Positions 8,738 to 17,243 of a DNA stretch of 40,179 bases are shown here, one piece after another. The stretch covers positions 1 through 40,179 of the IMG/VR virus record IMGVR_UViG_3300028792_000002; one strand, written 5' to 3'. A program made the position numbers and the translations under genes. The DNA is from a virus. How positions within the stretch are numbered: position 1 is the first letter of the stretch; every line of letters begins with the position of its first letter. A model generated the notes under the pieces. That model was not told the DNA's origin. It did not search any database and saw only the letters and a list, made by a program, of their open reading frames with translations.

Positions 8738-8808
8738 ATCGCGGGTTCTGGGAACAGGTCGGCCTCCAAATCCGACCACGCGAGGTTCGACTCCTCGACG
8801 CGGTGCCA
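8738..8808 (+). tRNA. tRNA-Trp(CCA)-like element with truncated D-arm (non-canonical tRNA or tRNA 3'-half relic)
   Basis: Perfect T-arm CGAGG-TTCGACT-CCTCG (8781-8797). Anticodon loop CUCCAAA (8764-8770). 5-nt variable loop. Acceptor pairs 8738-8743 with 8799-8804, including A1-U72, followed by G73 and an encoded CCA (8806-8808). The D-arm is only CTG-GGAA-CAG. Mismatches at C31.U39 and G7.A66. Confidence 0.45.
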
Positions 8809-8948
8809 GCTCTACCCGTGGAGCCAAACACGGGGGCCGCAACGCGGCAGGGGATGAACCCCGCCCACCACCCAGGGCGGGCGCCGACGGGCGTCACACG
8901 GCAAGCACCACCCCCACCCGTCCGTACGTCCCCCAAGGAACCCCAGCG

Positions 8949-9797
8949 ATGACGCTCAACAACTTCATCCCCCAGGTCTGGTCCGCCAACCTGCTCCAGA
9001 ACATCGACGAGGCGCACGTCTACGCCCAGGACTCCGTGGTCAACCGCGACTACGAGGGCGAGATCAAGGGCGCCGGCGACACGGTGAAGATCAACTCGAT
9101 CGGTCGCGTCACCATCAGCGACTACACCAAGAACGTCGACCACGCGGGCCCCGAGACCCTCACCGACAGCCAGAAGACGCTGCTCATCGACCAGCAGAAG
9201 ATGTTCAACTTCCAGGTCGACGACATCGACAAGGCCCAGCAGACCCCGAAGGTCATGGCCGAGGCGATGCGTGAGTCGGCCTACGGTCTGGCGCGCGTCA
9301 CCGACCTGTTCCTCGGCGGCTTCCACACCGGAGCCGCCGCCGGCAACCTGATCGCCAACGACACGACCCCCCTGTCGGTCACCACGGCAGCTGCGGCCTA
9401 CGAGAACCTCGTCGACCTCGGCACCCTCCTCGACCAGCAGAACGCCCCCGCGGAGGGCCGCTCCGTGCGGATCCCGCCGTGGTTCTACGCGCTGCTGCTC
9501 AAGGACGACCGGTTCGTCCGCAACGGCGTCTCCACCGACGTCCTGCACAACGCCCAGGTCGGCGAGGCGGCCGGCTTCACCGTCATGAAGTCGAACAACG
9601 TCCCCGCCACCACCGGCGCGAAGTACAAGATCCAGGCGTCGGTCCGTCAGGCGATCTCGTTCGCCGAGCAGATCGTCTCCGTCGAGGGCTACCGGCCCGA
9701 GAAGCGGTTCGGTGACGCCGTCAAGGGTCTGCACGTGTACGGCGGCAAGCTGATCCGTCCGGAGTTCCTCGCGGTCCTCACCGCGAACCGCACCTGA
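8949..9797 (+). CDS. Major capsid protein
   Basis: 282 aa, preceded by AAGGAA RBS. Lies after the scaffold gene and is followed by a strong hairpin. Confidence 0.85.
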   Translation: MTLNNFIPQVWSANLLQNIDEAHVYAQDSVVNRDYEGEIKGAGDTVKINSIGRVTISDYTKNVDHAGPETLTDSQKTLLIDQQKMFNFQVDDIDKAQQTPKVMAEAMRESAYGLARVTDLFLGGFHTGAAAGNLIANDTTPLSVTTAAAAYENLVDLGTLLDQQNAPAEGRSVRIPPWFYALLLKDDRFVRNGVSTDVLHNAQVGEAAGFTVMKSNNVPATTGAKYKIQASVRQAISFAEQIVSVEGYRPEKRFGDAVKGLHVYGGKLIRPEFLAVLTANRT

Positions 9798-9826
9798 CGG
9801 CTGCTGCTCCACCCATGACCCCCGGT

Positions 9827-9861
9827 GGGTGGTGGTGGCGCGTGGGCAACCACCACCACCC
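9827..9861 (+). terminator. 12-bp stem hairpin after the capsid gene
   Basis: GGGTGGTGGTGG (9827-9838) pairs with CCACCACCACCC (9850-9861), with an 11-nt loop. Confidence 0.6.
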
Positions 9862-9915
9862 TCCGGGTTCGTCCAACCTCCTCCCGCGCACGTGACGCCC
9901 ACAGGGAGCACCACC

Positions 9916-10278
9916 ATGAGCAGCAACACCCCCGCCGAGACCGTCTGGTACCGGAACACTGAGCAGGACACCCTCCACGAGGTGGAGAAGGGGTCCCCGC
10001 TGGAGAAGCGGCTCCGCAAGGAGCAGCGTGAGGTTCTCGCCCTCGACGAGGACGGCAACCCGACCGGTGAGTCCGACTTCGAGTCGGCCTACGAGAAGGT
10101 GTCCGACTCCGAGCTGAAGAAGCTCCAGGCGAAGCCGGAGTCCCTCCCCGGGTACCCGGTCGCGCAGGAGCAGGCCAAGGCCGACGCGAAGGCGAAGGCC
10201 GACGCCGAGGCGTCGAAGCAGGCCCTGATCGACCAGGCCATCGCCGGCGGCCAGAACCCCGACCCGGGCAAGTCCTGA
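9916..10278 (+). CDS. Hypothetical head-associated protein, 120 aa
   Basis: ATG preceded by GGGAG. Ala/Lys/Asp-rich C-terminal segment (AKADAKAKADAEASKQA). Bracketed by two hairpins. Confidence 0.6.
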   Translation: MSSNTPAETVWYRNTEQDTLHEVEKGSPLEKRLRKEQREVLALDEDGNPTGESDFESAYEKVSDSELKKLQAKPESLPGYPVAQEQAKADAKAKADAEASKQALIDQAIAGGQNPDPGKS

Positions 10279-10292
10279 CCTGCCTGTGTCAC

Positions 10293-10326
10293 GCGGGGCG
10301 GCATCCTCTCGGGGGTGCCGCCCCGC
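10293..10326 (+). terminator. 11-bp stem hairpin
   Basis: GCGGGGCGGCA (10293-10303) pairs with TGCCGCCCCGC (10316-10326). Confidence 0.65.
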
Positions 10327-10353
10327 ACCACTTTCCCGGCACACTAGGAGACG

Positions 10354-10620
10354 ATGATGAGCTGGTTCCAGACCCGCGACGGGCACGTGGTGTACGCCGA
10401 AGGTGGCCTCGCGGACGTCTACCGTGCCCGGGGCGCCGTCGAGTCCGACGAGCGTCCCGACGACACCCCCGACGACGACGTCGAGTCGGGTGACTCCGGC
10501 TGGGAGCCCGTCCTCGAGGTCGAGCACCGCACCCACGCCGACCTGACCGAGCAGGAGCTGGCCGACGCCCGGCAGGTGACCGACGACGAGAGCCCGTCCG
10601 GTGTACGCGACGCGGACTGA
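10354..10620 (+). CDS. Highly acidic hypothetical protein, 88 aa
   Basis: ORF rich in Asp/Glu. Overlaps the next gene by 20 nt. Confidence 0.55.
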   Translation: MMSWFQTRDGHVVYAEGGLADVYRARGAVESDERPDDTPDDDVESGDSGWEPVLEVEHRTHADLTEQELADARQVTDDESPSGVRDAD

Positions 10621-10990
10621 CCTCGCCACCTGGGTCGGGGAGGACTCCCCCTACTTCGACGCCATCCCCGCCGACCCGACCCGGGTCCTGGACCGGGCGT
10701 GGCGGCGGATCCGCGCCAACGTGTGGGGTGCGTTCGACGTCGACGACCAGGGCCTCGCCACCGACCCGGTCATCGTGCAGGCGTTGAACGACGCCCAGTG
10801 CGCCCAGGTGGAGCAGTGGCTCGAGGTCGGCGAGGAGCACGACATCGCTGGCCTGCCCGCCGACACCGCCGTCTCCTCGCAGGGCCTGTCCGTGTCGAAG
10901 CAGCCGTCGCTGCTGGCGCCGCGGGCCCGCGACATCCTCGAGGAGGCTGGGCTGCTCGCGTCGTCCCCGGCCGGGGTCCGGCTCGTCTGA
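10601..10990 (+). CDS. Head-tail adaptor/connector protein
   Basis: 129 aa, first of four connector-sized genes between the capsid and major tail genes. Assigned by position and size. Confidence 0.6.
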   Translation: MYATRTDLATWVGEDSPYFDAIPADPTRVLDRAWRRIRANVWGAFDVDDQGLATDPVIVQALNDAQCAQVEQWLEVGEEHDIAGLPADTAVSSQGLSVSKQPSLLAPRARDILEEAGLLASSPAGVRLV

Positions 10991-11304
10991 TGCGTGTCCC
11001 CGGGCTCCTGCTCCGTACCCCCATCCTGCTCGAACGGCACACGGGGAACCGTGGCGACGGCGACACCTACGCCGCGGCCGTGCAGGTGATGGCGGACGTG
11101 AAGACGTCGGTGCGGGTCTCCAACGGCCCCGAGGGGCAGACGATCACAACGTGGGCGACCTGCACTGTCCGCCCCACCGTGACCGTCACGGCTGGTGACC
11201 GGGTGACCGTCCACGGGGTCGCCCGCAAGGTCGCCTCGGTGGCACCCATCCAGGGCGCCGGCCGCACCGTCGCCGGACTGCTGCTGACCGCCGGCGACGG
11301 CTGA
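10990..11304 (+). CDS. Head closure / head-tail joining protein
   Basis: 104 aa. ATG overlaps the upstream TGA. Synteny. Confidence 0.55.
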   Translation: MRVPGLLLRTPILLERHTGNRGDGDTYAAAVQVMADVKTSVRVSNGPEGQTITTWATCTVRPTVTVTAGDRVTVHGVARKVASVAPIQGAGRTVAGLLLTAGDG

Positions 11305-11660
11305 TGGCCGAGATCCGCGTCGTCGCCGACCGCCGGCACGCGTTCACCGCCGAGCTCGAGAAGATCCTCGAACGCACCCTCAACGAGATCGGGAACGACT
11401 GTCTCGCCGAGTCGAACAAGATCGTGCCGCTCGAGGAGGGCACCCTGCAGGGGTCCGGGTTCGTCGAGGTGCAGAAGACCGCGGCGGGGCACATCGAGGC
11501 GCAGGTGGCGTACGGCACCCCGTACGCGGTGAAGCAGCACGAGGACTCGACGTTGAAGCACGACAACGGCCGCGAGGACCACTACCTGGAGAAGACGGTG
11601 GCGGCGCGGACGTCGAAGTGGGAGCAGTACATGGCCGACAAGGTCCGCAACGCCACCTGA
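11304..11660 (+). CDS. HK97 gp10-like neck protein
   Basis: 118 aa. ATGA coupling. VPLEEGTLQGSGF resembles the gp10-family P-x-x-x-G-x-L-x-x-S core. Synteny. Confidence 0.6.
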   Translation: MAEIRVVADRRHAFTAELEKILERTLNEIGNDCLAESNKIVPLEEGTLQGSGFVEVQKTAAGHIEAQVAYGTPYAVKQHEDSTLKHDNGREDHYLEKTVAARTSKWEQYMADKVRNAT

Positions 11661-11691
11661 CGCCTGTCACTCGCCCCCGGATCGTGGGGGC

Positions 11692-12132
11692 GTGCTCACT
11701 GCTGCGATCGCCCGCCACCTCACCACCAGCCACCCCGAACTCGGCCTGGTGTACGACGCCGACGGCACCAACCAGTTCCTGCAGGAGCTCCCCAACGCTC
11801 CCACCGACGCCGTCGCCTGGCTGTTCTCCGTGTCACCGCCGGCCGACCTGTCCGACACCCGGGTGTCCGGGCTGCAGGCCATCGTCCGGTGGACTGCTGG
11901 CACCGGCCGGGCCCGGTCCGGCTACCAGGTGGCCCGCAGCATCCTCGACACCCTCCACGGCCTCCACGGGATCACCCTCGCCCCCGGCACCGAAGACGAG
12001 ACGGTCCTGGTGTCGCTGCTCGCCGACACTGCGGAGCCGATCAACCTCGGCGACGACACCAACGGCGTACCCCGCTGGTCGCTGCGGTTCCAGGCGCAGA
12101 CGGTGGCTGTCACCGCGCACACCATCCTCTGA
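11692..12132 (+). CDS. Tail terminator-like protein
   Basis: 146 aa, immediately upstream of the major tail gene. Confidence 0.55.
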   Translation: MLTAAIARHLTTSHPELGLVYDADGTNQFLQELPNAPTDAVAWLFSVSPPADLSDTRVSGLQAIVRWTAGTGRARSGYQVARSILDTLHGLHGITLAPGTEDETVLVSLLADTAEPINLGDDTNGVPRWSLRFQAQTVAVTAHTIL

Positions 12133-12175
12133 TCTGAGCCACACCCCCCGGCACCCTCGACGATAGGACCACGGC

Positions 12176-12631
12176 ATGACCTCGACCCCCGCGAACGTGC
12201 TCGCCCGCACGTTCCTGCTCTCCGTCAACACGGGCACGGTCGCGTCGCCGACCTGGACCCCCATCAAGGGCATCACCGGCATCAGCCCGGCCCAGTCGGC
12301 GCAGCGCACCGACAACAGCGACTTCGACACCAACGGCTGGGAGTCGCACGACGTCGTCATGCGCGGCCGGTCCCTGTCGGTGGCGATGAACTACAAGGCC
12401 GACCCGACCGACGGGTCCGAGGACCCCGGCCAGGCTGCCGTCATCGCCCTCGGTGACGCCACCGGTACCGCTGCGAAGAAGCAGTTCAAGTACGTCGCCC
12501 CCGGCACGGGCGGCAAGGGCCACACGTTCACGGCGTCCGCCGACATCGCTTGGCCGGGCGGCGACAAGGTCAACAACGCGGTCTTCACCGCGGACCTGAC
12601 CGTCGACGGGGCACCCACCCCGCTGCCGTAA
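12176..12631 (+). CDS. Major tail protein
   Basis: 151 aa, preceded by an RBS-like GATAGGA. Followed by a strong hairpin and the G/G-T chaperone pair. Confidence 0.8.
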   Translation: MTSTPANVLARTFLLSVNTGTVASPTWTPIKGITGISPAQSAQRTDNSDFDTNGWESHDVVMRGRSLSVAMNYKADPTDGSEDPGQAAVIALGDATGTAAKKQFKYVAPGTGGKGHTFTASADIAWPGGDKVNNAVFTADLTVDGAPTPLP

Positions 12632-12651
12632 CCCCGGCGCACCACCAGCTG

Positions 12652-12688
12652 CTGCGGCCCGCTCTCCCTCCCTCGGAGCGGGCCGCAG
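12652..12688 (+). terminator. 13-bp stem hairpin after the major tail gene
   Basis: CTGCGGCCCGCTC (12652-12664) pairs with GAGCGGGCCGCAG (12676-12688). Confidence 0.65.
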
Positions 12689-12731
12689 CCGTGTCTCCCG
12701 GGCTGACACCCGGCCGCTGATCGTTGGGCCC

Positions 12732-13202
12732 ATGAGCGAGCCCACCGCCCCCGAACGTCACGCCGACTACTACGACTTCGACGCCTGGTACGCCGAGAAC
12801 GTCGCCGCGACCATCCCGTTCCGCCTCCTCGGCAAGGTCTGGGACCTCCCCGGCGACGTCGACGCCGGCTACCTGCTGATGCTGCAGCGGTTCGAGCACT
12901 GGGTCGACGCGACCGCGCTCGCCGAGGCCCTCGGCGACCCGCCGCCGCCGCTGCCCGCCGGCGTCACCGACGACGACCTCGCCGCCCTCTCCTACGAGGG
13001 CATCTGTCGCCGTCTCGCCGGCGACGCCACCGTCGACGCCTGGTTGGCCGACGGGATCCCCGCGAAGCTGCTGAAGGCTGTGTCGCGGCGCCTGTTCGCC
13101 ATCCACACCGGCGGGCAGGTCGACCCGGCGGGAAAAGCATCGACCCCGGCGAAGAAGGCGAAGAAGAAGCCGTCGACGCGGACGGGCAGCCCGGGGGCCT
13201 GA
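12732..13202 (+). CDS. Tail assembly chaperone (G-like, 0-frame product)
   Basis: 156 aa between the major tail and tape measure genes. Contains the slip site 13130-13136. Confidence 0.8.
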   Translation: MSEPTAPERHADYYDFDAWYAENVAATIPFRLLGKVWDLPGDVDAGYLLMLQRFEHWVDATALAEALGDPPPPLPAGVTDDDLAALSYEGICRRLAGDATVDAWLADGIPAKLLKAVSRRLFAIHTGGQVDPAGKASTPAKKAKKKPSTRTGSPGA

Positions 13203-13489
13203 TCGGCTGGCTCCTCACCCACTGGGGACCGATCGAGGCCGACTGGGACGCCGTCTACGGACGCGACCTCGCCGACGACATCCACGGCCGCCGCTGCACG
13301 TGGCGGTGGCTACGGAACCGGCTCGAGCGTCTCCTCGCCACCGATGACACCTGGAGCGGCAGGCTGTACGCGACCGACCGATCCCCGATGCCCACTCGGG
13401 ACACCCAGCCGCGCAGCTTGACCCCGCAAGGGGTTTCGAACCTGCTCGACACCTGGGCCAAGACCGAGGAGAACCCGTCGTGGGGCTGA
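12732..13489 (+). CDS. Tail assembly chaperone G-T fusion via -1 frameshift at 13130-13136 (about 252 aa)
   Basis: The -1 frame is open from the slip site to TGA 13487-13489, which overlaps the tape-measure GTG at 13480. That frame has no start codon of its own. Confidence 0.7.
13130..13136 (+). promoter_or_regulatory. -1 programmed frameshift slippery heptamer G_GGA_AAA
   Basis: The 0-frame codons GCG GGA AAA (..PAGKA..) give X_XXY_YYZ in the correct phase. Confidence 0.7.
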
Positions 13490-16299
13490 CCGTCTCTGAG
13501 CTCGCCTTCGTGTTCGGGGCCGACTCCCGCAAGGTCGACAAGGCCCTCCTCGACGTAGACGCGAAGGCGAAGTCCACCGCGTCGTCCATGTCCCGGTCCA
13601 TGACCGCGTCGTGGAAGAAGACCGGTGAGCAGGCCTCCTCGATCTTCCGGAACGTCGAGAAGGGCGCCGCGGTCGCTGGTGTCGGCGCCGGCCGCCGGTT
13701 CGGGACCGCCCTGCACGAGACGCTCGGTGAGTACGCGAAGACCATCGGCGCCACCATGCTCGGGTTCTTCGCCTACGAGAAGGTGAAGGAATTCTTCACC
13801 GGCATGATCGAGGAAGGCCAGAAGGCCGGCGCGACTGCCCGCGTCACGGAACAGGTCATCAAGTCCACCGGTGAAGCCGCCGGGGTCACCGCCGCGCACG
13901 TCGAGGAGCTCTCTGCAGCGATCTCGAAGAAGGTCGGCGTCGACGCTGACTCTGTCCACTCCTCAGCGAACATGCTGCTGACGTTCAAGAACGTCCGCGA
14001 CGAGGTCGGCAAGGGCAACGACATCTTCGACCAGGCCACCCAGGCGGTCGTCGACATGTCGTCGGTGATGGCCGGTTCTGGTGGCTCTGGTGGCGGGGAC
14101 TCGTTGAAGGGTGCCGCGATCCAGATCGGCAAGGCCCTCAACGACCCCATCCGTGGCCTGACCGCGCTCCAGCGTGTTGGTGTCACGTTCGACGCGGACA
14201 CGAAGTCGCGGATCAAGTCGCTCGTCGCCGAGGGCAAGACGATGCAGGCGCAGAAGATCATCCTGCGTGAGCTGAAGTCGGAGTTCGGTGGCGCGGCCGC
14301 GGCCGCATCGGACCCGATCAAGCAGGCCAAGGCCGACTGGATGAACATGGAGGCCGAGCTCGGGCAGCACATGATGCCCACCCTCGGTGCCGTGGCCGGT
14401 GTGGTGACGAACGAAGTGATCCCCGGGTTCGAGGCTGCCGGTTCGGAGATCGGGGACCTGATCCACGACTTCCAGCAGCTGTCCCCGGAGGTGAAGGGGG
14501 CGATCGGCGGGTTCGTCGCGATGCGGACCGCTGCCGCCCTCGGGTTGACGGCGAACCTGCGGGCCAGCCTCGCCGGTGTCGGGTCACAGATGGTGTCGCT
14601 GCGGCTGCGGTCCATGTTCGCTGCCGACGCGTTCCGCACCTCCGTCGCGGGTGGCGCCGGCCGCGCGACCGCGGCCCTCGCAGGACTCCGCGCCGGTGCC
14701 GTCGGAGCCGGCGCAGGCCTGAAGGGCGCCCTCTCCGGGGCCCTCGGCATCGTCGGTGGCCCCTGGGGTGCCGCGTTCATCGGCGCCACGGCCGTCGCCG
14801 TGCACTTCTGGCACGCCCACCAGGACGCGAAGAAGTACGTCGACGACCTCACCCGGTCCCTGAACCAGCAGACCGGAGCCATCACCGAGAACACCACGAA
14901 GACGCAGCTCGCAGAGCTGCAGAAGAACGGTGCGATCGACCTGGCGAAGAAGTACGGCATCAGCCTCGACCTTGTCCGCCGTACGACCATGGGCGGTACG
15001 GCGGCGACCCGCGAGTTCAACCAGGCCCTCGACGTGCAGCTCGCAGCGTTGCAGGGCTCCGGCGTCGGGGTGCACCAGGCCGCCGACGACCTGCAGGGGC
15101 TGCGGTCGAAGGTCACCGGTGCAGCGGGTGCGCTGACCGACGCGCAGGGGAACATCGCGTCGGGTGCGAGCGACCTCGCCGAGTTCCAGGGGAAGGCGAA
15201 CGACGCCCTCAACGCCGGCGCCGACGCGACCGACGGCGCCACCCGCGGGCTCGGCACCTACGCCACCCAGCTGGAGAACGCCCGGACCGCGGTCGACAAG
15301 CTGCGGCTCGCCGAGGACAAGCGGCGTACAGCGCACCTGAAGAACCGTCGTGACCGGCTCGCCCTCGTGCAGTCGATGCAGGCCACCTCGGCGGAGGCGT
15401 CCAACACCACCGAGGTCGCCGACATCAACTCCCAGATCTCCGATGCCCGGAAGTCCGGCGCCGACGAGCGGGCGAACCTGCGCGACCAGTTGGCACACAC
15501 CAAGTCCGCGAAGGAACGGGCGAAGATCAGCCGCGAGATCGCCGCGTCGACCGCGGACGAGGCGAAGAAGGTCGCCGACCTCAACGGCCAGCTGAAGCAG
15601 TACACGAAGACCCTCGACATCCACACGAAGGCCGGGCAGGCGAACCTCTCCGCGCTCTACGACCTCGCGGACCAGTGGAACAACTCCTCGACCGCCGTAC
15701 GACGCTCGAAGGGCATGTACGAGCAGGTGCGGGCCGAGTTCATCAAGGACGCGATGACGATGGGCGACACGCGCGCCCAGGCGAAAAAGCTCGCCGACGA
15801 CATCCTGTCGGTGCCGAAGGGCCACGAGATCGACATCAAGACCCCCGGAATGAAGCAGGCCCTCGAGGACATCAAGAAGTTGCACGACGAGATCCGGGGG
15901 AACCGGAAGCTCGCGATCTCCGTGTCCGACCACATGGCCGGCGACCGACGCCTCGAGGGGCACGCCGGTGGCGGCTGGCTCGGCGGCCCGGGTGGCCCCC
16001 GCGACGACAAGGCTGGGGTCACCCGCTACAGCCGTGGCGAGTTCATGGTCAACGCTGCGGCGGCCAGCAAGCACGGGCGTCTGCTCGAGGCGGTCAACCG
16101 TGGTGAGGACCCGGGCATGTCACAGCGCGGTGGAGGCTACGGGAGTGGAACCGACATCGCTGCAGCCGTCGCTGCGGGCATCCAGGCCGCGGGCCACATC
16201 GCGCCGCTCATGCAGGTCGGGACCCTCACGCACACCGACATGCGGGAGACCGAGCGGCACCTGCAGACCCTCGGTGTCCTCGCCGCTGCGGGGGGCTGA
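13480..16299 (+). CDS. Tape measure protein
   Basis: 939 aa, the longest ORF. Directly after G/G-T. Ala/Gly-rich hydrophobic central segments and coiled regions. Confidence 0.9.
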   Translation: MGLTVSELAFVFGADSRKVDKALLDVDAKAKSTASSMSRSMTASWKKTGEQASSIFRNVEKGAAVAGVGAGRRFGTALHETLGEYAKTIGATMLGFFAYEKVKEFFTGMIEEGQKAGATARVTEQVIKSTGEAAGVTAAHVEELSAAISKKVGVDADSVHSSANMLLTFKNVRDEVGKGNDIFDQATQAVVDMSSVMAGSGGSGGGDSLKGAAIQIGKALNDPIRGLTALQRVGVTFDADTKSRIKSLVAEGKTMQAQKIILRELKSEFGGAAAAASDPIKQAKADWMNMEAELGQHMMPTLGAVAGVVTNEVIPGFEAAGSEIGDLIHDFQQLSPEVKGAIGGFVAMRTAAALGLTANLRASLAGVGSQMVSLRLRSMFAADAFRTSVAGGAGRATAALAGLRAGAVGAGAGLKGALSGALGIVGGPWGAAFIGATAVAVHFWHAHQDAKKYVDDLTRSLNQQTGAITENTTKTQLAELQKNGAIDLAKKYGISLDLVRRTTMGGTAATREFNQALDVQLAALQGSGVGVHQAADDLQGLRSKVTGAAGALTDAQGNIASGASDLAEFQGKANDALNAGADATDGATRGLGTYATQLENARTAVDKLRLAEDKRRTAHLKNRRDRLALVQSMQATSAEASNTTEVADINSQISDARKSGADERANLRDQLAHTKSAKERAKISREIAASTADEAKKVADLNGQLKQYTKTLDIHTKAGQANLSALYDLADQWNNSSTAVRRSKGMYEQVRAEFIKDAMTMGDTRAQAKKLADDILSVPKGHEIDIKTPGMKQALEDIKKLHDEIRGNRKLAISVSDHMAGDRRLEGHAGGGWLGGPGGPRDDKAGVTRYSRGEFMVNAAAASKHGRLLEAVNRGEDPGMSQRGGGYGSGTDIAAAVAAGIQAAGHIAPLMQVGTLTHTDMRETERHLQTLGVLAAAGG

Positions 16300-16302
16300 C
16301 CG

Positions 16303-16758
16303 GTGACACAGGTCAACATCACCCGTGCTTCCCCGTTGCCGACCAGCGACCTGGTCGTGACCGGCGCGAAGGCTGACGGCACCCCGTCCCTGATCCGTGG
16401 TGGCCTGCAGCTGCCGCAGCCCGTCGCCGACGTCGCGTATGCGCCGGCGCCGCCGTGGCTGCACGGCGACGTGCCCACGTCGAAGCGGTTCCCGAACGCC
16501 ATCCTCGCGATGCGGGTCCGCATCGAGGCGGCGACCGAGGACGCCCACCGCGACATCGTCGACGCCTGGCGCAAAGCCCTCTCCGACCAGATGACCTACA
16601 CGGCCACGGTCGTCGTCGGGGACCGGACCGACGTGTGGAAGTGCTACCCCGGGTCCATCGTGGTCACGAACGGGGACCGGACGTCCTGGCCTGTCGGGCA
16701 GCCCGTCGTCGACTGGTACACGATCACCATCCCCGTCCACCCGATCCAGGTGAGCTGA
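16303..16758 (+). CDS. Minor tail protein (distal-tail position), 151 aa
   Basis: First gene after the tape measure gene. Assigned by synteny only. Confidence 0.55.
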   Translation: MTQVNITRASPLPTSDLVVTGAKADGTPSLIRGGLQLPQPVADVAYAPAPPWLHGDVPTSKRFPNAILAMRVRIEAATEDAHRDIVDAWRKALSDQMTYTATVVVGDRTDVWKCYPGSIVVTNGDRTSWPVGQPVVDWYTITIPVHPIQVS

Positions 16759-16761
16759 CCC

Positions 16762-17184
16762 ATGGCGAAGACTCTGACCGCGGCCATCGCGGCGTTGAAG
16801 ACGCAGTACGGCGACGCTCACGCTGCGGTGTGGCCGTCCACCTGGCAGACGCGGCTCTACCAGGGCGACCCGCGGGACGGTGGGGTGGAGCTCGACACCA
16901 CCAACTATCCCGGCTATGCGGCTGGGACGGTGGGGAACACGTCGGCGAACTTCCCTGACCCGGACGGTACGAGCGGGGTGATGACGTCCGCGGTGCTCAC
17001 GTTCGCGACTCCGACGGGCGACTGGGATGACGTCCCGTCCCACGTCGGACTCTGTGACCCGACCGGTGGGGTGCTGTTGGAGGTGTTCGCTGTGGACTTC
17101 GGGGTGTACGCGGACGGCACCCCGGGTGCTGGGGAGGCGGTCACGGGGCAGATCCAGGTGACCTATCCGTGGCAGGTGGCCTGA
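16762..17184 (+). CDS. Minor tail protein, 140 aa
   Basis: Synteny. Shares a loose motif pattern with the N-terminal half of 17244..17834. Confidence 0.55.
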   Translation: MAKTLTAAIAALKTQYGDAHAAVWPSTWQTRLYQGDPRDGGVELDTTNYPGYAAGTVGNTSANFPDPDGTSGVMTSAVLTFATPTGDWDDVPSHVGLCDPTGGVLLEVFAVDFGVYADGTPGAGEAVTGQIQVTYPWQVA

Positions 17185-17243
17185 CACGGGTGGCCGCATG
17201 CTTTCGACGCACGCCCACCATACGCAGCGCGAGGAGACCGTAG

